From a virus (Duplodnaviria > Caudoviricetes), in IMG/VR virus record IMGVR_UViG_3300020045_012955, positions 1 through 41,175 of that record: a DNA stretch of 41,175 bases; one strand, given 5' to 3'. Both the position numbers and the translations under genes were made by a program. This document shows, one piece after another, positions 26,114 to 34,559 of this stretch. Under the pieces are notes generated by a model, which was not told the DNA's origin, made no database searches, and saw only the letters and a program-made list of their open reading frames with translations. The stretch's first letter is position 1; each line of letters opens with the position of its first letter.

Positions 26114-27031
26114 ATGTCCATCTTCAAAGCCTCTGAATCACCGTATCGAGACCTCACAGTTATCCCCACAGGCTTCTCTAAACTAGATTCCCTCATCGGG
26201 ATTGGTGGTATCCCCACACGGAAGATAACTGAGATCTCAGGGAAGTACTCGGTAGGTAAGACGACACTCGCACAGACTATCGTTGCCAACGCTCAAAAGA
26301 TGGGGATGCAATGCTTGTACGCTGACACTGAATTTTCCTTTGAAGAGAAGTATGCTGCGAGTCTCGGAGTTGACCTTGAGAAACTTGAACTGTGTATAAC
26401 TGACCACGCTGAAAAGCTGCTTGAAGAAATGGAGACTTGGGCAAAGGACCACGAGAACGCTGTTATTGTTCTTGACTCAGTCGGTGGACTACTTGCCCGA
26501 GATGAAGCGGAGAAGGAGACCGGGGCACGTGTCATCGGAGGACAAGCTAAACTCGTTGCTACCTTCACCAGAAAGATGGTTCCAATACTTGCCATCAACA
26601 ACATTGCACTCATTGTCCTTAACCACCTTGTCCTTGATGTGATGAATGGAAATCTCCATACCAGTGGGGGGTGGAAATTGGCATACCACAAAAGCCTCGA
26701 AATTCGCCTCTCCAAGACAAAAAACGTCATTAAGCGTGGGGAAGCCATCATCGGTCGTGAAATCGAAGCTAAGGTGGCAAAAAACAAGCTAGGCGGCATG
26801 CCAGACAACGACGTGAGTCTCCAAATGCTCTATGGCGCTGGATTCAGTGTCGCAGCGGATACGCTCGGTGAAGCAATCGACAAGGGAATCATCCAGCGTA
26901 AAGGAGCCTCGTTCTTCATGGATGGGGAGAAGATTGCCCACGGTCAGGACAACATGAGGAAGATGCTGAAAGAAGATGAAGAACTAACTGCGCGTGTCCT
27001 AGAGAGGATCTCTCAGATATCCACAACATGA
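26114..27031 (+). CDS. recA: RecA/UvsX-like recombinase
   Basis: IPTGFSKLD...GIGGIP, Walker A GKYSVGKTT, DTE, Walker B IVLDSV, SGG, VAKNK. Confidence 0.9.
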   Translation: MSIFKASESPYRDLTVIPTGFSKLDSLIGIGGIPTRKITEISGKYSVGKTTLAQTIVANAQKMGMQCLYADTEFSFEEKYAASLGVDLEKLELCITDHAEKLLEEMETWAKDHENAVIVLDSVGGLLARDEAEKETGARVIGGQAKLVATFTRKMVPILAINNIALIVLNHLVLDVMNGNLHTSGGWKLAYHKSLEIRLSKTKNVIKRGEAIIGREIEAKVAKNKLGGMPDNDVSLQMLYGAGFSVAADTLGEAIDKGIIQRKGASFFMDGEKIAHGQDNMRKMLKEDEELTARVLERISQISTT

Positions 27032-27055
27032 AGATGAAGATTCAGTGAAATCGTA

Positions 27056-27064
27056 TGTTATTGT
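27056..27064 (+). promoter_or_regulatory. Extended -10 promoter upstream of the replication module
   Basis: TGtTATTGT, 6 nt before ATG 27071; near-DnaA box ATATCCACA at 27017-27025. Confidence 0.55.
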
Positions 27065-27070
27065 ACGTGG

Positions 27071-27145
27071 ATGAGTCTAGGACACTCGAAGATTATTAAC
27101 GGCCTGAATATCGTCCTAGACGTTCAGGCCTTTAAGAGTCTTTGA
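27071..27145 (+). other. Leader uORF (24 aa) overlapping a hairpin/pseudoknot
   Basis: MSLGHSKIINGLNIVLDVQAFKSL*; stem GGCCTGAA/TTCAGGCC; loop GTCCTAGAC is complementary to GTCTAGGAC at 27075-27083. Confidence 0.55.
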
Positions 27146-27147
27146 GT

Positions 27148-27858
27148 ATGGCGCAACGTAGAATGTTCAGCCCAGAGATAGTCGGAAGTGAGGAGTTTAA
27201 GACAATGCCGATGTCATCTCAGGCACTTTATTTCCATCTTGGAATGGATGCTGATGATGATGGCTTCATTCAGCCAAAGCTCTTGATGAGAGCAATCGGG
27301 TTTACTGATGATGACCTGAAAGTACTCCTCGCAAAGAGATTTCTACTGCAATTCGGAAATGGTGTTGTTGCGATAAAACACTGGCTTATTCATAACATGA
27401 TCCGTTCTGACCGTTATAAGCCTACAAGATACGTTGAAGAGAAGAACTCTCTTTTCATCAAGGAAAATAAGGCTTATACAGACCGGCAACCAAATGGCAA
27501 CCAAATGGCACCACAGGTTAGGTTAGGAGAGGTTAGTAAAGGTAATACTAGCGAAATTAAAATTTCGCAAATTATTGAGATAACCCCTGAAGAGGAGAAG
27601 GAGCCACGTAAGAGGCAAGATACAGCGTATCGTGAGATATTCGATCTGTGGGGCAAGTACCCACTTTCATGGCGCACCAACAGGAGCATGATACAGGCCG
27701 CCAAAAATCTACTTGCTAGTAGGAGTCGTCAGGATTTAGTGGATGCCCTTGATTTTGCAAAGAAGCACGCCAATGATGGTTTTTGTCCTCAGATACTCTC
27801 ACCCTGGGATTTAGACAGTAAGTGGGAGAAATTAGTAGCCTATAGCTTAAAAAAATAA
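27148..27858 (+). CDS. Phage replisome organiser / replication initiator
   Basis: MAQRRMFS...SSQALYFHLGMDADDDGF...IKHW..HN.I..DRY N-terminal domain; iteron-encoded linker. Confidence 0.85.
   Translation: MAQRRMFSPEIVGSEEFKTMPMSSQALYFHLGMDADDDGFIQPKLLMRAIGFTDDDLKVLLAKRFLLQFGNGVVAIKHWLIHNMIRSDRYKPTRYVEEKNSLFIKENKAYTDRQPNGNQMAPQVRLGEVSKGNTSEIKISQIIEITPEEEKEPRKRQDTAYREIFDLWGKYPLSWRTNRSMIQAAKNLLASRSRQDLVDALDFAKKHANDGFCPQILSPWDLDSKWEKLVAYSLKK
27485..27568. other. Candidate replication origin (iterons) inside the initiator gene
   Basis: GGCAACCAAAT twice (27485, 27496) plus a partial third copy, GGTTA repeats, inverted repeat GCGAAATT-AA-AATTTCGC (27551-27568). Confidence 0.6.
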
Positions 27859-27859
27859 T

Positions 27860-28216
27860 ATGGTCTGGAATAAAAAAGAGGACGGGGTAGAGAAACCAAC
27901 TAAGATAGAGATTTCACCAAAGGAGATCGAGAACTTGCGTGAAGCTCTCAAACCATACAAGCAAAAGCGTATTCAAGGTGTCCTGGTATCAAGATTTGAC
28001 CAGTACCTCCTAGACCTTGGAACCACCGTCATGCGTGATGGTGATATACGAGTCAAAGATCCTGTTGGATACACGAAGATGTCAAAGATAAACGCCAAGA
28101 TGGAGATACTGGACGATTACCGTGCCGAGGACATTTTCAAGACCTTCCCCGAGGAGAGAAAGAAGTTCCAGGAGAAAATAAGAGCCTTGGGAAATAAGCT
28201 CAGGATGGGTGTATGA
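27860..28216 (+). CDS. Hypothetical protein, 118 aa
   Basis: Starts 1 nt after the initiator stop; K/E-rich. Confidence 0.65.
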   Translation: MVWNKKEDGVEKPTKIEISPKEIENLREALKPYKQKRIQGVLVSRFDQYLLDLGTTVMRDGDIRVKDPVGYTKMSKINAKMEILDDYRAEDIFKTFPEERKKFQEKIRALGNKLRMGV

Positions 28217-28659
28217 CTCCCCAATCACTCCTCGACACAGCTCGACAGCTTAACTCCGAAGCGGAGAAGAATATCTTGGAACTGGGACTCGTCCTTCTCA
28301 AGATCCATGAGACCAACGCATACGAGCATGAGGCAGCCACCTTCTCCCAGTGGTGCCAGGAAGAGCTAGGCCGCAGTAAGGGATTCGTATCTAAGCTCCT
28401 GATATCAGCGACATTCCTGAAGACCCACGCAGTTTCCCCGGGAAACTTGCCGGGACTCACCGCCACCAAGCTCTACACGGCCATCAACAGCTTCCCCGAT
28501 GAGAAGCCCGACTACATCCTCGCCGCAGCAACCAACAACACCAGGGATGAACTCATCGAAGAGAAGAGAGAGAGGAAGATGGGGTCAGGCCACGAGCACA
28601 CTCCCAAGGATGAACAGCGATACGCAATCTGCAGCTGCGGTAAATGGTTAAAAGTATGA
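28213..28659 (+). CDS. HTH DNA-binding protein (DUF3102/partition-protein-like) with a C-terminal Zn motif
   Basis: ELGLVLLKI...Y...TFSQWCQEELGRSKGFVSKLL; HEH...CSCGK; contains palindrome copy 2. Confidence 0.6.
   Translation: MTPQSLLDTARQLNSEAEKNILELGLVLLKIHETNAYEHEAATFSQWCQEELGRSKGFVSKLLISATFLKTHAVSPGNLPGLTATKLYTAINSFPDEKPDYILAAATNNTRDELIEEKRERKMGSGHEHTPKDEQRYAICSCGKWLKV
28431..28447. repeat. 17-bp palindrome, copy 2
   Basis: Exact AGTTTCCCCGGGAAACT just after the HTH codons. Confidence 0.95.
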
Positions 28660-29150
28660 CCGATGACATCCGAGTCGTGACCATGAAGCCTCGCCGTTCG
28701 CGTAAAATTAAGCGTAGCAAAGCGAAACGTGAAAAGTCGATATCAGCTCTGGTCAAAGAATTAGATGCGCTGGTGAGCCGTGTAGTGCGTTTGGGGGCAT
28801 GTGATAGTGAAGGAATGGTGAAGTGCTACACATGTGGGTATAAAACCCACTACAAGAAAATTCACTGTGGTCACTACATCAGCCGATTTTATAAAGAGAC
28901 CCGGTGGGACTTACGAAACCTCCGACCTCAATGCTTTAACTGCAATATCTACCGCAAAGGGAATGCGGTTAGTTTCAGGCAGAAATTAGTTGAGGAATAT
29001 GGGGAGGAGGAAATAAAAGAGATGGAAAAGAGTGTGGATTTTTTGGTACGAGGTGGGAAGACAAGGGAATGGCTTGAGAAAAGCATCGAAATTGAGAAGA
29101 AATCACTAGAAACGCTTGAAAGTGAGTTATCCACAGAGATGAAAATTTGA
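28656..29150 (+). CDS. NinG/Rap-like recombination endonuclease
   Basis: LDALVSRVVR, CYTCG, HCGHYISR, TRWDLRNLRPQCFNCN. Confidence 0.85.
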   Translation: MTDDIRVVTMKPRRSRKIKRSKAKREKSISALVKELDALVSRVVRLGACDSEGMVKCYTCGYKTHYKKIHCGHYISRFYKETRWDLRNLRPQCFNCNIYRKGNAVSFRQKLVEEYGEEEIKEMEKSVDFLVRGGKTREWLEKSIEIEKKSLETLESELSTEMKI

Positions 29151-29172
29151 TGAAGAAAAGTCGTGATAACCT
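29127..29172 (+). promoter_or_regulatory. DnaA box plus extended -10 promoter of the glycan cluster (leaderless)
   Basis: TTATCCACA (29127-29135), TGaTAACCT (29164-29172), ATG 6 nt later. Confidence 0.6.
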
Positions 29173-29178
29173 ATCGGA

Positions 29179-30357
29179 ATGGAAGTGAAAAAGGTTAAAG
29201 TATCTCTCCCGAAGAACAAGTATTACTCGAAAATCGAGATAAATGACGACGGACTTAACCTTGAATTGAAGAAAAAGAAGAAAGTTGCCCTCCTTTTGAT
29301 AGGACTGAACACACACTACTGGCCATACCTTAAACAGATAATTGAGGACGCCAGACAGCATTTTTTGCCACAACACAACGTTGATTACTACGTGTGGACA
29401 GATATTCCTGAGTCCGATAAAGACTTGGAAAAGAAGCTCGCAGCCCACCCCACTGAGGAGCAGATAGGGCAGCTACGAGAGTTCGCCAAAGACTCCGACG
29501 ACCTCATTCAGATACAGAAGCTCATTTCACGTGAAAAGCTCATGGAGGTGGTGAACTTCATGCGTGCAAAGAAGGACATTGTGATAACAGAAACAGACCC
29601 CCTCGAACACCGCTTCTGCACGCTCATGCGCTACCACCTCTTCCTCGGCAAGGAGAAGGAGTTGAAGGGCTACGAGTACCTGTTCTATGTCGATGTGGAT
29701 ATGCGCATGGTATCCAAAATCAGCGATGAGGTTTTAGGTCAGGGACTCACCTGTGCAGAGCACCCGATGTACTCACTTGCCCCAAAGTACATCCCCCCAT
29801 ACGAGCCAAACAACAAGTCCACGGCATTCATTCCACGACTCGGCCAAGTGATTGAGGATGCGAAAGGAAAACGATTCCGACCCTTGTACCTTGCCGGTGG
29901 ATTCCAGGGTGGAAAGACAAAGCCATTCATCAAAGCAATGAAGGTGATGAAGAAGAGAATCGACAAAGATCTCGACAGTAACTACGTGGCAATTTGGAAT
30001 GATGAATCCCACTGGAACAGATACCTCTTTGACTACAAAGGTGATTTGACCGTCCTATCACCCGCCTACATCTACCCTGATTCTCTCATCAAGGAATACT
30101 ACGAACCATTGTGGGGACGTGCCTACGAACCAAAGATAATCACCATCACGAAGCCCTTCATGCTTTCAAAGGCAGCAGGAATTGAATTGCGGGAGCAGAT
30201 GGGAATCAATCAAGACCACACGCCTATCCTCCTAGCCAACAAGATTCAATGTGAGAAGTGTGGCGATGTCATGCAGCAGAAGAACATGCACCTCAAACGA
30301 GTCATTTCGTGTGAAGGATCTGGTAAGCCCCACCAGCTTGAAATGAAACCTCTATGA
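29179..30357 (+). CDS. Glycosyltransferase family 6 (ABO/alpha-1,3-Gal/GalNAc transferase-like)
   Basis: YVWTD, TLMRYHLF, FYVDVDM, YLAGGFQGG, AIWNDESHWNRY, LSPAY. Confidence 0.88.
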   Translation: MEVKKVKVSLPKNKYYSKIEINDDGLNLELKKKKKVALLLIGLNTHYWPYLKQIIEDARQHFLPQHNVDYYVWTDIPESDKDLEKKLAAHPTEEQIGQLREFAKDSDDLIQIQKLISREKLMEVVNFMRAKKDIVITETDPLEHRFCTLMRYHLFLGKEKELKGYEYLFYVDVDMRMVSKISDEVLGQGLTCAEHPMYSLAPKYIPPYEPNNKSTAFIPRLGQVIEDAKGKRFRPLYLAGGFQGGKTKPFIKAMKVMKKRIDKDLDSNYVAIWNDESHWNRYLFDYKGDLTVLSPAYIYPDSLIKEYYEPLWGRAYEPKIITITKPFMLSKAAGIELREQMGINQDHTPILLANKIQCEKCGDVMQQKNMHLKRVISCEGSGKPHQLEMKPL

Positions 30358-30572
30358 GAAAGAAGCGTTTTCTCTTCCCAAGCAAAAAGACAATCGGTCG
30401 CACAGTATCGATACCCCTGAATGATGATACCCCTTGGCAGGAACAGATTGCAGCGGCAATAAAAAGCTACCATGACACCTACACCTTCCCTAAAGGAGTT
30501 GAAATTGGTTACTCAATACATTCAGGCATGAAGGGCTATGCGATTATCACTTTTCTAAAGCGAAACAACTAA
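30354..30572 (+). CDS. Hypothetical protein, 72 aa
   Basis: ATGA overlap with the GT6 gene. Confidence 0.55.
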   Translation: MRKKRFLFPSKKTIGRTVSIPLNDDTPWQEQIAAAIKSYHDTYTFPKGVEIGYSIHSGMKGYAIITFLKRNN

Positions 30573-30578
30573 TTCACT

Positions 30579-30695
30579 ATGAGAAAGAGAAAGAAGCCAG
30601 CAGAGAATCATCCGTGGAAACTCGATCACATCGGAGACCTAAAGAATTCAATCAAGAGTGGATTCGTCTTACGCCAACCACTTAAAATAAAATGA
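30579..30695 (+). CDS. Small basic peptide, 38 aa
   Basis: MRKRKKPAENHPWK...; its stop overlaps the next ATG (ATGA). Confidence 0.45.
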   Translation: MRKRKKPAENHPWKLDHIGDLKNSIKSGFVLRQPLKIK

Positions 30696-31366
30696 ACTTC
30701 TCAATCATCATCCCCTCATATGGACAAGTTCGCTACCTACGGGAAGCGATTGAGTCAGCGCTTGCACAGACCGTGAAGTGCGAAGTGATTGTGGTCGATG
30801 ATGGTTCGACCGACGGCTCACTCAAGATTGCAGAAGAATATGCAGACAGGCTGAAGGTAATCAAACAGGTGAACAAAGGACTCGCCGCAGCACGTAACAC
30901 TGGTATCATGAACGCAACGGGAGACTGGATACTCCCACTCGACGCTGACGATATTTTAATGGTGAATTGTGTTGAGAAACTCATGGAACTTCACACGAAA
31001 TATCCTGATGCAGATGTACTCGCCCCATCATTCCAAACTATTGGAGTCGTCCAGGAACACATCACCCTCATGCAGGAACCAAGGTTAGAACATTTCCGCA
31101 CCGCAAACAGAATCGGCTACTTCTCAGCAATCAGGAAATCAGTCTTACATGAAGTTGGTGGCTACTCATCACGGATGGAAGAAGGGTACGAGGATTACCA
31201 CCTGTGGTTCAACCTCCTCACCCGAGGAAAGAGGATAGTAACGACTCCTGAGATTCTCGTGCTCTACCGAACGAAGGAGGAATCAATGTGGAGGAACGCA
31301 GTGAAGCATCACGTGAAGTTGATGAATCAAATTTATAAGGACTTCCCTCAAATTTTACCTGTATGA
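30692..31366 (+). CDS. GT2 glycosyltransferase
   Basis: SIIIPSY, VVDDGSTD, GLAAARNTG, LDADD, YEDY. Confidence 0.92.
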   Translation: MNFSIIIPSYGQVRYLREAIESALAQTVKCEVIVVDDGSTDGSLKIAEEYADRLKVIKQVNKGLAAARNTGIMNATGDWILPLDADDILMVNCVEKLMELHTKYPDADVLAPSFQTIGVVQEHITLMQEPRLEHFRTANRIGYFSAIRKSVLHEVGGYSSRMEEGYEDYHLWFNLLTRGKRIVTTPEILVLYRTKEESMWRNAVKHHVKLMNQIYKDFPQILPV

Positions 31367-31956
31367 AAGTAAGCATTTGTGTTCCCTACCACGATACTCC
31401 AAAGACAGCCTTCTTCCTGTCACGCCTTCTCAATTCAATTGCAGAGCAGACGTTCACAGACTATGAAATCGTCCTCGTGAAGAAAGGGAGAATGGCAGAG
31501 ACCTACAACGAAGCAATCAAGCAGTGCAAAGGTGAAATCATCAAGCTCATGGGCATGGATGACTACTTCACGGATAAGTATTGCCTGGAAGAATTAGTAC
31601 AGAAGTTTGATGAAGGAGCGAAGTGGGTAGCGAGTGGCTGCATACATGACGATGGGAGTGGATATAAGAATCCCCACCAACCTTCATGGAATGACAAACT
31701 GTACGCAGGGAACAATACGCTCGGCGGTTTCTCTGTCATCACGCTCCTCAATGGCGATGTCCCGAAGATAGATGAGACCCTGGATTGGGTCGTGGACTGT
31801 GAGTGGTACTGGAGACTCTTTCAGAAGTGGGGAGAACCAACACTCTTCAAAGAAATGAATGTTGTCATCGGTATTGGCGATCACCAGACTACTAATAATT
31901 TATCAGATGAACAAAAGATGCGTGAATACGCATTAGTACAAAACAAGTATGGTTAA
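31363..31956 (+). CDS. GT2-like glycosyltransferase
   Basis: VSICVPY, NEAIKQCKGEIIKLMGMDD, VDCEWY. Confidence 0.8.
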   Translation: MKVSICVPYHDTPKTAFFLSRLLNSIAEQTFTDYEIVLVKKGRMAETYNEAIKQCKGEIIKLMGMDDYFTDKYCLEELVQKFDEGAKWVASGCIHDDGSGYKNPHQPSWNDKLYAGNNTLGGFSVITLLNGDVPKIDETLDWVVDCEWYWRLFQKWGEPTLFKEMNVVIGIGDHQTTNNLSDEQKMREYALVQNKYG

Positions 31957-32974
31957 ACGTCTTTTACTCACAGGAATTGGAGGAAGTATTGGTGCTCACT
32001 TCTTGGCACACATCATGCACAACACCAACTGGGAGGTGGTGGGTATTGATTCATTCCGTCACAAGGGATGGATGGACAGAGTAGTCGAGATTACCTCGGA
32101 GCATGAGGATTGGCAGAAGCGAATAAAGATTATCGTCCACGACATGAATGCGCCGTTCTCACCACTCACGGTGAAGAAGATTGGCCACATTGATTACGTC
32201 ATCAACATGGCGTCCCTCTCGGATGTCGAAGCAAGTATCCAGGATCCTGTCCCTTTCATTCAGAACAACGTGAATTTAATCCTTAACATGCTCGAATATG
32301 CGCGGGAAACAAAACCAGAAATATTCCTTCAGATTTCAACAGACGAGGTTTATGGAGCAAGTGCAAGTAAATTTGGAGATCTTCGGAAAGAGTGGGACGC
32401 AATCATACCCTCGAACCCTTACGCAGCTTCCAAAGCGTGCCAGGAAGCGATTGCAATCTCTTATTGGAGAACTTATGGAGTGCCTCTCATCATCACCAAC
32501 ACGATGAACAACTTTGGGGAGCTACAGCAACCCAACAAGTACCCCGTGATGATTCAGCGTGCGCTCATCGACGATAAGGAAATTACCATCCACGGCAAGG
32601 AAGGACTCATCGGCTCACGATCCTACATACACTCACGTAACTTCGCTGATGCGGTGCTGTTCCTACTCAAGAATTGTCCTCCCCACATGCACGTGCCTAA
32701 CACCGCAGACCGTCCTGACCGCTACAACATCGCAGGTGATAAACAGCTCGATAACTTGGAACTCGCACAGGTGATTGCGAAACTCATGGGGAAGACATTG
32801 AAATACAAGCTCGTGGATTCACACACGGCTCGTCCCGGCCACGACCCGCACTACGGCCTCGACAGCACCAAACTGTACTCACTCGGATGGAAGCCACCAC
32901 TCACCTTCGAGGAGAGTCTTAAAAATACGCTGGACTGGCAGACAGCACATAAGGAGTGGATACAGGATGTATGA
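31949..32974 (+). CDS. NDP-hexose 4,6-dehydratase (RmlB-like)
   Basis: TGIGGSIG, STDEVYG, PSNPYAASKA, NNFG, RPGHD. Confidence 0.88.
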   Translation: MVKRLLLTGIGGSIGAHFLAHIMHNTNWEVVGIDSFRHKGWMDRVVEITSEHEDWQKRIKIIVHDMNAPFSPLTVKKIGHIDYVINMASLSDVEASIQDPVPFIQNNVNLILNMLEYARETKPEIFLQISTDEVYGASASKFGDLRKEWDAIIPSNPYAASKACQEAIAISYWRTYGVPLIITNTMNNFGELQQPNKYPVMIQRALIDDKEITIHGKEGLIGSRSYIHSRNFADAVLFLLKNCPPHMHVPNTADRPDRYNIAGDKQLDNLELAQVIAKLMGKTLKYKLVDSHTARPGHDPHYGLDSTKLYSLGWKPPLTFEESLKNTLDWQTAHKEWIQDV

Positions 32975-33570
32975 GAAAGGTACGGCAGGAAATTGGCGGA
33001 TTAGGTAATCTCCTCTTCAAAGAGGCATACATCTGGTCACAGTTTCGTGACAGTGAAATCCCTGACATCTACGTTCAGTCCATGAAGTATTGGGAGAAGT
33101 ACCGAGAAGAGATACGCAACCGATTTGGAAATGGCATAGGGAAGGTAGACCGTATTGCTCTTCACATTCGTCGTGGGGATTACCTCAAAGTCTCGCAGTT
33201 CCACCGTGACCTATGGGAGACCGACTACTACAAAGAAGCAGTGAAATTGTTTCCCGGGGAAAAGTTCCTGGTGTTCTGTAAGGACAACCAGAGTGGACAA
33301 CAAGATGAGGATGACCGGGTGTGGTGTATGGATAACATGCCATTCCTCCTCCCTGCAGACCGCTACGAAATGTATAACCACACCACTGAGACTGACGACC
33401 TCAACGCCATGGCAAGTTGCAAAGGAATCATTGGAGCTAACAGTTCGTTCTCATGGTGGGCAGCATTCCTTGGAGACAACGACAAGAAGGTAGTCATGCC
33501 ACGAGCTGACAGATGGTTTGTGGATAAGAAAATTCGCTGTGAATTACCAAGTGAGTGGACAACGCTATGA
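32971..33570 (+). CDS. GT11 alpha-1,2-fucosyltransferase-like
   Basis: GGLGN, HIRRGDY, ANSSFSWWAAFL. Confidence 0.88.
   Translation: MRKVRQEIGGLGNLLFKEAYIWSQFRDSEIPDIYVQSMKYWEKYREEIRNRFGNGIGKVDRIALHIRRGDYLKVSQFHRDLWETDYYKEAVKLFPGEKFLVFCKDNQSGQQDEDDRVWCMDNMPFLLPADRYEMYNHTTETDDLNAMASCKGIIGANSSFSWWAAFLGDNDKKVVMPRADRWFVDKKIRCELPSEWTTL
33248..33264. repeat. Degenerate, opposite-orientation copy of the 17-bp palindrome (14/17)
   Basis: TGTTTCCCGGGGAAAAG. Confidence 0.45.
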
Positions 33571-34559
33571 AGGTGTTGATAACTGGGTCACTCGGACTCA
33601 CCGGGCAAGCATGTGTTGACCTCTTCCTTTCAAAAGGATGGGAAGTCATAGGAGTTGATAGGAATATGCGCTCCCATTTCTTTGGGACTGAAAAACAGTA
33701 CGCAAAAGCAGGACAAGAGAACATCCACTTTGACATTGATATACGAGACCTCGTGACAATGGAGGAGCTGTTTGAGCAACACACATTCAACGCCATCATC
33801 CACGCCGCAGCGCAGCCAAGCCACGACTATGCCACTGAGCACGTCCTAGAAGACTTCGATGTTAACGCACGAGCTACTGTCATCCTCTTTGAACTTGCGC
33901 GTAAGTATTGCCCTGACGCAGTCATCGTCCATGTGTCCACAGACAAAGTGTATGGGGAGAGAATGTTCGATGACTTGAAAGAATCAGATACAAGGTACGA
34001 GCCTATGTTCAAAGTGTGGGGATTCAATGAGGAGTTAGGACTCGACTTCGCAGGAGACCGCAGTTTCTTTGGCTGTTCCAAAGCAGCAGCAGATATGTAC
34101 GCACAGCAGTACGCTGCACGGGGAATGAAGGTAGGCATCTTCCGCCCTGGCTGTATCACTGGGAAAGTCCACCAAGGGGCAGAACAACATGGCTTCCTTG
34201 CTTACCTCGCTAAATGTATTAAGGAAGGCAAGACCTACAAGATTTTTGGTCACAAAGGGAAACAAGTGAGAGACCAGATACACGCTAGTGACCTTGCTCG
34301 TGCGTTCTGGCATTACATCAATACTCCTTGGCCGGGAGAGGTGTACAATATCGGAGGAGGACCTTTGCGCAGTGTTTCAATTCTCGAAGCAGGTGCGATG
34401 ATAGCAGAGAAGACAGGGAAAGAATTCAAGTATGAAATCCATGAGGCTCGTAAGGGAGACCGAGTATGGGATGTCCACGACACTTCAAAGTTCAGGAAGC
34501 ACTATTCCTTTTGGAAGCAGAAGTACACATTACAAGCAATAATAGATGACCTTTTATGA
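33567..34559 (+). CDS. NAD-dependent epimerase, CDP-paratose/tyvelose 2-epimerase-like
   Basis: TGSLGLTG, HAAAQPSHD, STDKVYG, FGCSKAAAD, GKQVRD. Confidence 0.82.
   Translation: MKVLITGSLGLTGQACVDLFLSKGWEVIGVDRNMRSHFFGTEKQYAKAGQENIHFDIDIRDLVTMEELFEQHTFNAIIHAAAQPSHDYATEHVLEDFDVNARATVILFELARKYCPDAVIVHVSTDKVYGERMFDDLKESDTRYEPMFKVWGFNEELGLDFAGDRSFFGCSKAAADMYAQQYAARGMKVGIFRPGCITGKVHQGAEQHGFLAYLAKCIKEGKTYKIFGHKGKQVRDQIHASDLARAFWHYINTPWPGEVYNIGGGPLRSVSILEAGAMIAEKTGKEFKYEIHEARKGDRVWDVHDTSKFRKHYSFWKQKYTLQAIIDDLL

Noticed and set aside
29523-29538. parS-like core TTTCACGTGAAA inside the GT6 gene
   Set aside because: Single copy, 12/16 match to consensus, no parAB; may be chance, though worth including in a motif scan.
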